A stretch of DNA of 64,000 bases from Camelus dromedarius. Its lineage: Eukaryota. The stretch covers positions 29,512,001-29,576,000 of the forward strand of contig NC_087442.1 of the NCBI RefSeq assembly GCF_036321535.1. The letters are read 5' to 3'. Both the position numbers and the translations under genes were made by a program. Each line of letters opens with the position of its first letter. The first letter of the stretch is position 1. The notes under the pieces were generated by a model that had not been told where the DNA came from, did no database searches, and saw only the letters and a list, made by a program, of their open reading frames with translations. Positions 24,378 to 37,761 of this stretch are shown here, one piece after another.

Positions 24378-25999
24378 TTAGTGTATTCAATACTATTGCT
24401 GTTTTGGGCAAAGTTTTCCTTAAGGGAAATTAGTAAGCTATATATTTCATGACTTGTTTAAATCAGAATTGGATAAAGTTTAGATTACAAGTAAATGTAA
24501 GTTTTCAAAAAGAATATCTGAAGTCCACATGAGAATTAAGATGCCATCAATAGTACAGCACATTTGCCAAGTTCTGTCTTATAGGGTCAAAGCATTAACA
24601 TGTTTCTATCCTTCTTTTTTCCAGTAGCTTCACTACAATTATAGATTATTAGTAAAAGAAGAAGCCAAGACTTCCAAAATTCAAATTTGTGGGATTTCCA
24701 AATGTATGTAAATGCTCCTTAATGTTAAAAGAGACGGTCTAAGTCAATAAAAGTAAAACTCCATATTAAAAATCAGAAGTAATGAAACTGCTAGGCATCC
24801 AGGCTCTCTACTGAAAGAATTTCAATAAAATAACTGTATTCCGAAAATGTTAAAGGAGGAGATTAATATAAAACAGCTGTCACAGTACTTTATAAGACCA
24901 TCACAAGGACACAGAGAGGTTGACTGATTTGCTAAAAATTTCCCCAATAAATCTGAATTCACCCTGGGATAAATTAAAGAATTCCTGACTCTTGGGTATT
25001 GCTTGGTTTATTACACTTCACTTAATATGCAATTTCTTGATTTAAAGCACTATACTCGGAACAGATCAGGTCATACACATTATCTGGCCCTGGACGTGTG
25101 CCAAGGTGAGAATGACACAATGAGAGTAAGTCAGGTTACTCTGTGGGTCAGCCTCCCCCACCCCCGGTGGAGGACCCAGGAAATCAGTTCTCCCACAGTA
25201 ATCCTTCCAGGACACTCACAGACTAAGAAGCATAGGGCAGAAATGAGGTCCTGAGAAAAAAGCAGCTTAGAGGAGAAAGAGAATAAAGACCAGACAGGCA
25301 AAGTAGGAAAACATAATGCTGAGAAGCAAGTGTAGCTCATAATACTCAGCAAGAAGGAGAATAAAGCATGTGTTTCTGAAAGAAAGAAACCAGGTGGACA
25401 CTGTAGTTGGTGATACAAATCTCCATTAATGACTTTTCCCTTTTGCCCAAGTGCAAGAACCCTTTAAGGTTCCTTGATCCAAACAGAGAAAACAAACTCC
25501 TTCCCAAGTGGGCACTAGATAACTTTGCTTCTTCTGCAGCCTTTCAAAACAGAAGTTTTCAAAGCCTGAAAATCTTGAGTCATTTCTGACAACTGCATTG
25601 TGTTAACCTCCAAGTTACAGAATTTGCATTAGAATTTAAACCAATTTAACAAGTATCTACTGACCCTTGATGATGCACAAGTAGGTTACTGACGAAGTTA
25701 CTAGCAAGGCCGCAAGGCTGATTTAACAGGGTTGAGTATTATGCATTTAACTGTCATGCAGAACAATAAGATCTAATAACTCTGATATAGAGCAATTATA
25801 GAAAAGAGGTACAAATGTTGTGAAAAGGCAAAGGGATAATAGTGGGGTGCTGAGAAAGGCTCCAGGAAGAAAGTGACAGTATAGCGGGTTTCGAGGAACA
25901 GGGAGAATTTGTTTTATAGATACATGTATTGCAAGGGCAGAAAGAATGTTCTGGACGGAAGGAGGGGGCCCAAGGTGAGAGTACTCTTTTTTTTTTTTT

Positions 26000-27170
26000 A
26001 ACCATAAGGACAAGAAGTTGCTTGGCTTGATGTGTAGAGTAGAGGAAGGGACGAGGGATAGATAAGGTTGAAAGGGGACCATGCTGTGGAGGTTTTTGAA
26101 TGTTGAACGGGGGTTAAACTGAAACTGATGGGACACAACTGGGGTTGAGCTCAAAGAGATTCCATCTGTAAACACTGTGCTTTAGACAAACAGTGGAAGC
26201 CCACCCACAAAACCGAGACCAGTTAGGAGGTTTCTGAACAGGAGTAGGTGAGGGCTGCTACTGTGTGCAGGCAACACGGAACCTTAGGAGACTGAACTCC
26301 TGAATTAGAGCAGTGGGAGAGAGTACGTGTCAGAGAATGCACCTAGCATGGGGGGGCGTCATGCCCTTTAAAAAAAGATTGTCTTATTCAATCCTTGTAA
26401 CAACCCTGTAATGTAATTGGTTTTGTAGATGCTTTAAGGATGAAGAAACCAAAGTTCTGAGAGGCTGATTACTTGTATGTGATCAGGTCTCCCTAAGGGA
26501 CAGCCTAGGCTATAGGATGTCTAGAGGCAAATCTGCAAAAAGGGAGGAAGAGCTGTATAAACTCATGAGGAATTACAGAACTTAGACAATTACTGGATAT
26601 CAGAGGAGGGTTGGAGGACTCAAGGGACAGAAGAGGTGAGAGGGAGGCAGTTTCCAGGAAAAGCAATGAACTGTCTGCATTCCAAACACCTCTGGACAGA
26701 GTGGACTGACAGGATAGTGGGGGCAGGGGCAGTGCAGGGGGAGAGTGGTGCTGACCCAGAAGAGCGAGGCTTGGGGGGTAGGGGATTGGGGGAGCCCTGA
26801 GAGGGATGAGAGGGAGGGAGAGAGAAGGGGAGAGGCAGACAGAGGGAGACGGGGGTGTACAATGCCCGTGCATTGAGAGTGATGGAAACAAGTCAGCTTT
26901 AGTTTCAAGACAGGAGAGCTCTGCTATTCATGCTTATTGTGTGAATGGTTGAGCCTTTCTGAACATCTGAGCACCAGCAATGAGGTCACCTGAAGAATCT
27001 CTACCGAGCTTTATCAAAGGTGAAGATCAAAGCAGTTACTAGATGTGAGAGATTGTTACACGCTATTAAAAGTGATAGAAAGGCACACTGTTGAGGCAAT
27101 CCAGGAATAGACACAGACAAATTTAAGCATTCAATAGTAGCTAAGTTGAGTACAACACAATTTGTGAAAA
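26000..27170 (-). mobile_element. Fragmented L2 (approximate)
   Basis: Purine-rich L2 antisense wording (gaggtttttgaatg, gaccagttaggagg, gaggtcacctgaagaatct); continues at ~28880-29280. Confidence 0.45.
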
Positions 27171-28830
27171 AACACAATTGATTAAAAAAAATTGGATAAA
27201 TTGACAAAATTTAACAGCTGGTAAATTGATTACATTTTCAATAAAATTTAAAACTTCTTCTCTTTGAAAGATACCACTAAAAAATGAAAAGGCAAGAACA
27301 ATCTATTTGTAAAAACACTATCTGATAACATACACCTGTATCCAGAATATATGAAAGATTCAATAATTAAAAAAAAACCAATTTAAAATAGGCCAGAAAA
27401 TAAATTCTAAAAATTCAAAAAAATGAGGAAAAGATATGAGTAGACATTTCACAAAAGGAGGAATAGGGATAGCAAATAGGCACATGAAACAATGATTAAC
27501 ATCATTTCGTTATTTGGGAAACACAGATTAAAAAGAAAATGAGACACCACCACAACCTATTAGAATGGCTAAAATCCCACAAACTAACAATGGTAAGTGC
27601 TGCTGAGGATGCTGAACAACCAGAACTCTCACATATTACTGCCTGGAACACAAAGTGATACAGCCCCTGTGGAACAGTTGGCAGTTTCTCATAAAGTTAA
27701 ACATACTCTTAACTTATAACCCAGTAATCCTACTTTTAGATATCTATCCAAAATAAATAAAAATTATGTTCACACAAAAACCTTTAAGTAAATGTTACAG
27801 CAGTTATAATATACATAAGCAATTGCCTAAAACTGAAAAGAACTCAAATGTCCTTCAAATGGTGAATGGATAAACAAAATGTTGAATATCTGCATAATAG
27901 AATACTACTCAGGAATAAAAAGGAATGAATTACTCTGCTATGAAAAACAGTATGGAGGGTCCTCACAAATTCAAAATATAATTGCCCTAGGATCCAACAA
28001 TCCTACTTCTGGGTATATAGTCAAAGGAAACTAAGTCAGTATCCAGAAAAGATACTTGCACACCCATGTTTATAGCAACATTATTCACAATAGCCAAGAG
28101 ATGGAAGCAACCTAAATATCCACTGACAGATACATGGATGAAGAAAATGTGGTTATACATACAATGGAATATTACTTAGCCTTAAAAAAGGAAATCCTAT
28201 CATATGCTACAACATGGATGAAACTTGAGAACATTGTACTAAATGAAATAAACCAATCATGAAAAGACAAATACTATATGATTTCACTCATAATGAGGTA
28301 TCTAAAGTAGTCAAACTCTTAGAAACAGAAGTAGAATAATGGTTGCTAGAGAGGCTGGGGAAGGGGGAAATTGGGAGTAGTTTAGTGGACACTGAGTTTC
28401 ACTTTTGCAAGATGAAGAAGTTCTAGATATCAGTTGCACAGCAATATGCATATAGCTAACACTACTGTACACTTAAAATGGTTAAGATAGTCAATTTTAT
28501 ATGTTTTTTTTACAACAATAAAAAGGGAATAACTACTGATACATTGATATTACTGATACCTCTCAAATGCATTGTGCTAAGTGAAGGAGACAGATTCAAA
28601 GGCAATTTACTATGATTCTATTTATATGGGTTCTAGAAAAGGTAAAACTATAGCTACAGAAAACAAAGAAGTGGTTTCCAGGTCCTAGGGTTAGGACAGG
28701 GGTTGACTACAAAGAGGCACAAGGGAATTCTCTGGCATGCTGGATCTTTTCCATATCCTGGTTGTGGTGGTGGTGATCATACAACTGTAAGCCACCTTCA
28801 AAACTTGAAGAACTGCACATAAAAAGGGTG
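27170..28830 (+). mobile_element. Old L1M (MC/ME type) with a younger L1MA/MB nested at ~27935-28520
   Basis: ORF2 3' wording runs twice (gcaattgcctaaaactg..., then caatagccaagagatggaagcaacc); aaaaaggaatgaattact / aaaaagggaataactact flank the inner copy. Confidence 0.75.
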
Positions 28831-28879
28831 AAGAGCTGTTATATTGCATAATGCTGATACCATTAACAGAAATACAGAA

Positions 28880-29280
28880 GTAATGCATTGACAGTTGGCA
28901 GGAAGAGAATTTGAACATCTAAAATTTGTGATGCTGATGAAAACATCTAGGAAGAGAGATTCAAAGGTGACTGTTGATGGGAATGGTTGAAATTTTTGAG
29001 AGAGGCTCACACCTGAAGACCAGACTCCTGGGGGACAGTAGGTTGTGAGAGAAGAAAGAGAAGCTGTTAAGGTAAAGAAAACACAGCCTAAAAGCAGGAG
29101 GAAAACTGGATGGTACAGTCTCCCTAAAACCAAAGGAGGAGGAAATTTCAAGAGGGGAGGAGTGGTTGACAGTGTTAAATTCTGCAAAATGATGAAGCAG
29201 GATAGAAAAGCCAGCCGGCTGAATGACTGAGGAGTCAGTACTGACTTTAACGGAAGCACTCGTGCTAAGAGTGAAACACT
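28880..29280 (-). mobile_element. L2 fragment (approximate)
   Basis: aaggtgactgttgatgggaatgg...aaaccaaaggaggaggaaatttcaagagg...gtgttaaattctgca. Confidence 0.6.
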
Positions 29281-29809
29281 GCAATACTGGGTATGAGTAA
29301 TTGCAGGTACAGTGACACTCCCATTTTGTTTGAAAGGGCTTCAGGAGTATTCAGATTTTGGCTGAACTCCATCTGGGCATTCGCAAGAAAGTAGATCTTT
29401 CTACAAGCAAGTAAGCTTTTGCTTGGAGGTCTCAACATACATACAATTCATTACATGCTTTTGGAAATGTTCCATGTCAACATTTAGAAGATTGTGCTGT
29501 CCTGGAAATGAAACTTTATGCATATTTATCCATGCAATCAATAACCATTTGCCAAGCAGCACTTGAATTACATAAAGGTTCACCCTTTATGTAGTACAGT
29601 ACAGCATCTTTCAATGAGAGGGACTTAGCACTTCCTACTTACAGAAGCCTCTGTAAATTTCCAGTTAAGTATCTGAGTGACAGTTGCTGTACAAGAAGTG
29701 CTGGCCTCCTTGTTGTGCATTTTTGTGGAAGTAGTGGTGTGTGCAGGGTAGTCAAAAAACTCAGAATCCCAACTCTTGCTTTGAACATCCAACATTTCAA
29801 CAGGGTCAT

Positions 29810-30540
29810 TTTGTTTTGTTTTAATAACTTTGCTGAGGTATGATTTACATATCACAAAATTGCCAACTGTAAGTGTAGAGTTGATAATGTTTAATAAATT
29901 TATATAGTTGTGTAGCTATCATCACAATCACCATTCAGTTTTAGATCCATTCCAACACCCCAGAATGTTCTCTCATGCCTGTTGATAGTCAATCTTTGCT
30001 CCCCCTTCAGTTCTAGGCAACCACCGATCTCTTCTGTCTCTATTCTTTGCCTCCTTTTAGAAATTTCTTTTTTTGTTTGTTTGTTTTTACTTTTTTTATT
30101 GAGGTATAGTCAGACTACAATGTTGTGTCAATTTTAGAAATTTCATATAAATGGAATCACTCAACGTATAATCTTTTTGAATCTACCTTCTTTCACCTGA
30201 CATAATGTTTCTGAGGTTTATCCATGTTGCTGCATGCATCAGTGGTTCCTTTATATTACTGAACATATTATTTCATTGTATAGATACACCATGTTTTATT
30301 TATCCATTCCCAGCTGACAGACATTAAGATTGCTCCTGGTTTTTCACTATCATGAATAACTGTGAAAATTCATGTACAAGTCTTTGTGTGGGCGTATGTT
30401 TCCATGTGCTTATAAGCTAGCTAGTCATACATCTCCTTGGTAAAATGTCTACTCAAATCTTTTGCCTATTAAAAAAAATTGGGTTATTTTGTCTTCTTTT
30501 TGAGTTGTAAGAGTTGGTTCTGGTTCTTACTGGTAGTCAA
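29810..30540 (-). mobile_element. Old L1M 3' fragment (approximate)
   Basis: taactttgctgaggtatgatttacatatcacaaaatt...ctaggcaaccaccgatct...atatggaatc...ctactcaaatcttttgccta. Confidence 0.75.
30068..30131 (-). mobile_element. 64-bp ultra-truncated young L1 tail with 13-bp TSD
   Basis: T-rich tail + tattgaggtatagtcagactacaatgttgtgtcaa; TSD ttttagaaatttc at 30055-30067 and 30132-30144. Confidence 0.85.
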
Positions 30541-30699
30541 GTCTGGATGAAATATATGATCTTGGAGGGTGGATTAATTTTCCCTACCTTATGCCTTCAC
30601 CTGCCACCATCACTCACGTGTCCCCAGCCTACCTCTCTAGCACCCACTTCTTTCATCTTTTCTTTTTCAGAGTCTTTCAGGATCAGAATCCCAGGCACT

Positions 30700-32360
30700 C
30701 AGCGCTAGCATGCGCTATCACATCCTCTTATCAGTCTCACCCACCCCAAAGTCCCATCCTTCCACCGTATCCTGTGATAAACTTGCTTGTTGAAAACAAA
30801 CTCCATGTCACCCTCAATTTATTCTCTACTGTTGCCCTAACTTCCTCAGGAACTGAAACTCTGCCTTCACTTAAAGACCACAATGTCTTAGGAACTCTTA
30901 GCAATAGAGGCTACACCTCTCCCTCTTGCTGACTCATGGGGAAGAGGGTAGATGACTTCTTGCCTCCTAATGCCACACTCAGATCCCTGTCCCCTCTTAT
31001 ATCTTAATAGCTGCCAACTCTTCTCTTTTGCAGTCTATGCCTTCCATTAACATTATTTTCTGTTCACCTTGTTTGTTGATGTTACCAGTTTACACTTTTC
31101 CCTTTTTCCGTTTTTATCCTCAAGGACTGAGATGTTAATGTTTCTTTATCTCTACATATCACAGTCCCCTTGACTTACTAAAGGCAAATAGAATATGAGT
31201 ACTCTCTACTCCATTCAACACCCAGGCTCCTTGGCACACTCTAGACCAAATCACTCAAGTCACTCAGCTTCTCAACCCCTCCTGAGTAGTAGTGGACTGC
31301 CTGGACCATATCCTATTTCTTCTTGAAACCTTAATTTTCCTCCAGTCTCCCACCTCTCTGCTTTTCTCCCTTGCTTCATATACATAGGGTCCTCTGAACA
31401 AAGGCTTTTGGACCCCTAAAAGCCTATTTCCAGCTTTGACCGCTGCTGTGGACTGAATTGTGCTTTGCCTTCCAAATTCTTATGTTGAAACTCTAACTCC
31501 CATTTTGATGGCATTTAAAGGTGGGGTCTTTGGAAGATAATTAGGTTTAGATAAGGTCATGAGGATGGGATTAGCGCCCTTACAAGAAGAGACATCAGAG
31601 AGCTTACTCTTGTTCTCTCCCCAGCATGAGGCATAGTGAGAAGGCAGCCACGTGCAAGCTGGGAAGAGAGCGCTCACCACAACCTGACCATACTGGCACC
31701 CTGATCTTACACTTTCAGCCTCTAGAACTCTGAGAAATAAATGTCTGTTGTTTAAGCCGCCCAGTCTATGGTATTCTGTTGTGGCAGTCCGAGTTCACTA
31801 AGACAACCAAAGAGGTTGCACGAGCTGCAGATCCACATTTGCAACTGCCTGACATACCTCTCCACCTGCATGTCCTACTCCCAAGTCAAACTCAGTATGT
31901 TCTGGGCTCAACTGGTATTTTCCCTCCTAAACCGCCTTTTGCTCCTCTGCTTCACTTATCTCTAATTGCACTACTATGTAACTTTGCTCAGCTCTGACAT
32001 TCATCAACTTCTTGCTAAATATTGTTGATTCTACTTCTGAGATGCCTTTCCTTCCGTCTCTTTTTTGATCTTACAGTTTCTATATTATTTCAAGTTCTAC
32101 CTCTCACTTTGTCTTCCTGCACCCACTCCTCTCAAAACATCTTACAGAATGAAGAAAGACTGTAGTGTAATCTGATTATACTCTAGTGTTTCCACATGGC
32201 TGGAGAATAAATTCCAGACTCCCTAGTTTGCTTTCCAAGGATCTCTATGATCTACTGTGAAAATATTTTTCTCAATTTATTTTCATAACTTCCCTCTGTG
32301 TCTTCTATTTTTGCCAAATCACCACTGCTTACTGTTTCCTTAGAACTTTAAAGATGTGTA
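30700..32360 (+). mobile_element. L2 relic interrupted by the MLT1 LTR (approximate)
   Basis: Pyrimidine-rich L2 sense wording (ctacttcccaagtcaaactc-like, ccacatggctggagaataaaattccagact, aaatcaccactgcttac). Confidence 0.5.
31444..31805 (+). mobile_element. MLT1A-type MaLR LTR
   Basis: TG...CA ends; tgctgtggactgaattgtg...tatgttgaaactctaact...gcctctagaactctgagaaataaatgtctgttgtttaagcc...ctaagaca. Confidence 0.88.
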
Positions 32361-33028
32361 TAATTCCCTGCCTCTTTGCTTCACCTGGACTGGCATTTTT
32401 AATTTCTTGCCCATTCCATCCTCTTTTAAGGCTCATTTCAAGCACTTACCTCCTCCACCAGAGGGAAGGGCAGATTTGGCTGCCCAGGTGAGTGTCTCGC
32501 CCACCCTCAGAGCTCAGGTGCCTGCCGTTAGAAGCATGTTCTGTGAGAAGAGAATGACCTTTGCAAATCGGAGAGGGCACATTTTTAGCTCAGCACAGGG
32601 ATAATGCCCTCACTGCTAGACCTGCCTCAGTTACAGCTTCCAGATTTTTAGAGGTGGAATTCTTGCTGCCCTTGAGCTGTGAGTGGTTGGACTAATCCCA
32701 GTCTACTTTGTGCAAGTTACTGACAGACATGCCTTCCCTTTCCGGCTGAGCAAAAGCTCCTGGAGGATAGGTTCATACCTGGTTCAGCTCTAGGCTTCCT
32801 GAGATACTAACATGCTGTTCTGCTGGACAAATGTTTTTGAATAAATGAATGAATTTATGAAAACATACTATAGGTACCTGCTGGGCAATCAAGCCCATTT
32901 TTACTTATGAAGAATACTGAAATTAGTGGTGTTGAAAGTTTCCTTTTTTTTTTCTTAAATGGCCATCAAACTACTGAAAAAGTTGAGTATGAAAGAAAAA
33001 GAGGAAGTCAGGATGATCAATACATTAC

Positions 33029-33194
33029 CACATCTGACTTGGTGGTAAACTTCTGAGTTTGCAGGCTTTCTAAAGCCATCCACTTCANNNNNNNNNNNNN
33101 NNNNNNNNNNNNNNNNNNNNNNNNNNNNNNNNNNNNNNNNNNNNNNNNNNNNNNNNNNNNNNNNNNNNNNNNNNNNNNNNNNNNNNNNNNNNNN
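33029..33194 (-). CDS. MET: MET exon 19 (activation loop); 5' ~107 nt masked, start inferred from the 166-nt human length
   Basis: Visible 33029-33087 encodes VKWMALESLQTQKFTTKSDV followed by gtaatg donor; the acceptor and the DFG/activation-loop codons are Ns. Confidence 0.9.
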
Positions 33195-33260
33195 NNNNNN
33201 NNNNNNNNNNNNNNNNNNNNNNNNNNNNNNNNNNNNNNNNNNNNNNNNNNNNNNNNNNNN
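33088..33260. other. N-run, 173 nt (exon 19 5' part and acceptor)
   Basis: Direct read. Confidence 0.99.
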
Positions 33261-34402
33261 CTATAGATTAGAACAAGTGACTTCAGTATTTGAAATCCAT
33301 AACTTCTGCAGGGAGAACTTCTTTGGTCTGGCCTGTATTGACTAGCACTAAATTACAATGGAATTCTTGAATAAAAATGCTTGACGTTTACATTTCAAAT
33401 TCAACAGGCGAAGGAAAGAGATTATGAATGATGTGGCATAAGAAAATCCTTTCTGCTTTAATGTAGATCTGGAGAAGTAGTGAACTGGCCACTCTCCCAG
33501 CTTTCTTTGGTTGCTAAATCAAGTATGCCAGCTGTCTACTCAAAGCAATCACTAATTTTCACTTGTCAACTTATTAGCAATACTGTTTCATGGGGGAGAT
33601 ATGACAGGGGACTGTTAGTTTACTTTTTCATTCTCAATGGGCTAGGCTAGCACTTACAGCTCATATGTCTCACCAGTGAGATAAAAGAGAAAAAGCACAC
33701 ACAGAAAGAATCTAGGAAAACGGCAAGGTTCAACAAAAGTCAATTTCTTCTATCTGAGGATATGTTTGCTTTGTTCAAGCTGGCTTTTATGTTGTTCCAC
33801 TGACCAAAACCAAGGTAGGAAATTAATAGCACAGTTCTTTCAATCACACATACCATAAGCCATGAATCAGTGCTATGTAAGGGAAAGCACTGAATCAATT
33901 ACAAACTGTTGACTGTTGTATTACACAGCTCAGGCAGCCAGACACAAATAAAGTTCTTTGTATATTCATTCTCAAATACCATTTTTGGTAGGGTTTCTGC
34001 AGGCTGACTCTAAATCCACTCGGGAAGCTACAATATGTTGGTATTTGTGTTACCAGCCCTCTCCTTTTCACTGTAACATGCTGAAGATCAAATTCTCCCT
34101 CCCAAACACTAATGCAGTGTGAAACCACAACACTGGGGGCTATGGGTGGGAAGGAAAAAGAAAAGCAGGAGCACATAACAGCTGTTTAAGACCCCCTCTG
34201 GAGAATTCCTGTTAAATTCTGTTTCATGAAGCCTGAAAGCCCCACCTACATCCCTGGTGCTTACACATCGGTGTTACAACTGTAGCAGAAATAAAGGACT
34301 TCTGCATGAGAAGAGAAAACATCCTCACTAGCCCTGAACAGTGGGAATCAGATTCTTCCTTTCACTGAGTTTAGACTGTGGGCACAGAGATTCTTATACT
34401 TA

Positions 34403-34552
<150 letters not shown>

Positions 34553-34684
34553 TTACTGTTCTAGCTATGATCTCAGAATTCTGAAATGTTTGTAAGAATT
34601 ACCCTGTTTCAGATAATAGCTTGTGCCTTGTTGATGACAGCAATCATTTATTAAGTATCTATTATTTGCAAAGTATTATGCTAG

Positions 34685-34712
<28 letters not shown>
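34685..34712. repeat. T28 homopolymer within a MIR relic
   Basis: Direct read. Confidence 0.95.
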
Positions 34713-34716
<4 letters not shown>

Positions 34717-34814
34717 ATTTTGGCTAATCCTTTATACACTTCTGTAAGGCAGGGAATACAGGCTTCATTTTCCAGATGAGGAATTGGAGATATTTTAAAA
34801 TATAGGTTTTATTA

Positions 34815-35335
34815 TTATTCAGGTATGGTAAGGCTAACAGATGGGACCAACGGCCATTGAAAAGATAGTTTGTTATTCACAACTCTCAAGAGGAGGGGGC
34901 AGGCCATGCCTTATAAGGCCACAGAGGGAAGCACCAGGGTTGGTTTAAGAGGCAGAGAGAACAAGGGGTAAAACATGTAGGCAAGAATTTTTATTGTGGT
35001 TTCTGTGGGAAGCAATGGGCAAGGCAGAGTAAGGAAGCTTAGAATTGGCTAGTTTGAATAATTTTAGTGGACTCTGGGGTCTAGGGACTGTCCCTAGTAG
35101 TCTGGTACCTGGCCCTGAAATGATTAAGGTAGGTGGACAGTGTCCCAGAGTATGAGATTCCTTTAAAGAACATAGTTGGGGTATGGGCTCTGGAGTGGTT
35201 GGTTTGGTGATGAAAGGCATGCTCTTTGAGGGTGAGCTGTTTAATAGCTCTGGGTATTTGCTAGTCCTGGGAGGAGCAGTCCCTCTGGGGTCAGTAAGGC
35301 CCCAGAAGTCAGAGCATCGGATATACACGGTTAAT
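34815..35335 (-). mobile_element. ERV-type LTR relic (family uncertain, approximate)
   Basis: agaattggctagtttgaataatttt...gtctggtacctggccctg...gggctctggagtggttggtttgg...gaaaggcatgctc, typical old ERVL/MER LTR wording. Confidence 0.6.
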
Positions 35336-36577
35336 ATAGAAAGTTTAGAGAGAAATAAATCACCCAAACCACTTAGTAAGTGGTGGAGTTAGGATTTTAA
35401 CCTAAATCGGTTAGGTTCCAAAGCCCACACAGTAGTGAAATCAACCACACTGAAGCCCTCCTACAGGTACTAAAGCACTAATCCAGAACTTCAGTGGCCT
35501 GAACCTACACAGAGAACAGGAAATCTCATTCTCAGTAAGCTCAACACATAAAATTGAATGGACAGAGTAATGCCTTTAGTAACTTACCAATGAGAACTGT
35601 ATCTGAAATCACATCAATGTCACTGTGGCTGACAGCCCTACTGGTGCCTGGCCATCAGGAATAGGGTATCTTTTCTTCAGCAGCCCCACTGTGGAGTTTG
35701 TGAGCTTAAGAGGCAGACAGTGGGGACCCCGCAAGGAAGGCTACAGTCCCCTTTAATGCACTCAGTGTGTGGAGAGGCCAGTTCCTGTGTTTCAGGCTTC
35801 TCTTTAAGATGTACCTGCTAATGGTTGTAATAAGTATAGATTCCTTGGGCTATAAAAGTATGATAGGAGATCTCTATCATGGTTTAATCCTGGGGGAATA
35901 ATACCTAGAGAAGTTAGCATAGACAATCACATGAACTCATCAGGGTAATGGCAAGAGTTAGAGTGGGAAAATGGGCTGCTTTGTGCTTTGTACGGTAAAT
36001 TCATCTCATCTGCAAAAATTCATCTCATTTGCAAAAATTGCCAGGGAGTATTTTATTCTTTTGGTTGAACACAAGGTATCTCTTTATCATCCAAAAGCTT
36101 ACTGCTTCTGAGAACCTGACCCCATGCTTATGAAGTTGTTTTTGATCAAGAATAAAAGTACTCCATTAACTTCCACAGAGGCCTGGACACAGGAGCAAAT
36201 GAGGAGCCTGAGGCTATCCATAACTTCAGTTCTGAAGACCCCTTCCTCTTCCCTCCCTGGGCCGGGTCTGGTCACTGCTTGCTCAGCCTTTAGGAACTGG
36301 CATAAATGTTACTAAGAAAACTCTTATTTGCAAGAGCCTAAGAACCCCTTTTGTATCCCTGAGATCATTCATTCAACAAATATCTACTGAAAGCCTATGT
36401 GCTGAATGGTATTTTAGGTATTAGAGCTACAGCAGTGAGCAAAACACACAAAATACCTACCCTCATGAGCATGGATTCTAATGGGATATGTGTGTGTGTA
36501 TGGATATATACATATGTGTGTACATATCCATACATACACACATACACACAGAGCTATTATTTATTTATTGCCTAGTA

Positions 36578-36874
36578 GAACACTGTTCAGGAGAAATATA
36601 ACATAAGCCATATATGTAATTTAAAATTTTCTAATAGTCACATTAAGAAGTAAAAAGAAACAAGTAAAATTAATTTTCACAATGTTTTACAACCCAGCAT
36701 ATCCAAAATATTATCATTTCAATGTGCAATCAATATAAACAATTATTAATGACATATTTTACCTTTTTAACACTTAATATTCAAAACCTGGGGTGTAATC
36801 TACACTTACAGCACTTGTCAATTTGGACTAGCCACATTTCACATGTGGCTTGGTCACACTATTGGACCACTCAG
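36578..36874. mobile_element. MER33/MER3-like hAT MITE with 8-bp TSD, inserted in an L2
   Basis: gcctagta (36570-36577) / gcctagtg (36875-36882) TSD; ctaatagtcacatt and ggactagccacatttc motifs. Confidence 0.8.
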
Positions 36875-37579
36875 GCCTAGTGCATCAGATGATGGTAAGT
36901 GTAATGGAGAAAAATAAAGTAGGAGAGAGGAGACAGAAAGGAGGCATGAGGGTGCAGTGGGTCAGCTGCAATTTTAGAAAAGTCAGGGAAACTTCATTTG
37001 GAGATGAAACTAGGGCAAAAAGCTGAAGCTGATGACTGAGATAAGTGGATATTTTGGGGAAGAGTACCCCAGGCAGAGGGAATGGCAAGTGCAAAGGTCC
37101 TGAGGTAGGAGAGTGGACAGAAAGTTTGAAAAATAGTAAGAGATACAATTTTAATGAATTAATTAATTATAGAATTAAGTATAATTTTTCAATGTCTTTC
37201 CTTCTAAAGTTAAAACTCTATGTGGGTAGAGGCTCATTCTGGCTCTCTTTTCTCCTTTGCTGTGCTTTTCTGGCACACAGTAGGCACTCAAAGATGACTA
37301 AATGTACCTATCCAGGGGTTGGTAGAGCAAGACTGCTTGCAGGGCAGGATAAAATCATTGCCGCTGGGAACTCCTTCTAGGTATCACTATCTTCCTACTA
37401 GGATAGAGGATTTTGAGGTACAAGTGAGTTGAACTGGCCTCTGTACATCTGAATGGTGCCAGTATTTTGTATGTGCTTCTTTGGCTAAAAGCTTTTTAAA
37501 AGGTTCAAAACAGGCAAATTCTGGAAGGCTGGCTGGCTTACAGGTAGTTTACAGTTAGTGAGCTTAGTAATATACTTAC

Positions 37580-37761
37580 GTGAGTCTCATTTCTAATGAA
37601 ATTTCGAAGATCTCCATGTTTCATGTATGGTAGGACCACCAGCGGAGACCCTTCACTTCGAAGGCAGATTCCCAAGAGTGAGAGAACATTGGGATGACTA
37701 AAATCTTTCATGATGATTCCCTCGGTCAGAAACTGGGAAACTTCTCCTATGTCAGTGATTC
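37580..37761 (-). CDS. MET: MET exon 17 (kinase alphaC/hinge), 182 nt
   Basis: cag|GAATC...CAC|gtaagt; [60 protein letters not shown]. Confidence 0.98.

Noticed and set aside
26505-26908. Pro/Leu/Ser-rich minus-strand ORFs of 80-128 aa
   Set aside because: Low-complexity pyrimidine tract that lacks stop codons for compositional reasons.
35997-36039. 19-bp tandem duplication aaattcatctcat(c/t)tgcaa
   Set aside because: Local duplication; only two units, not an array or CRISPR-like repeat.
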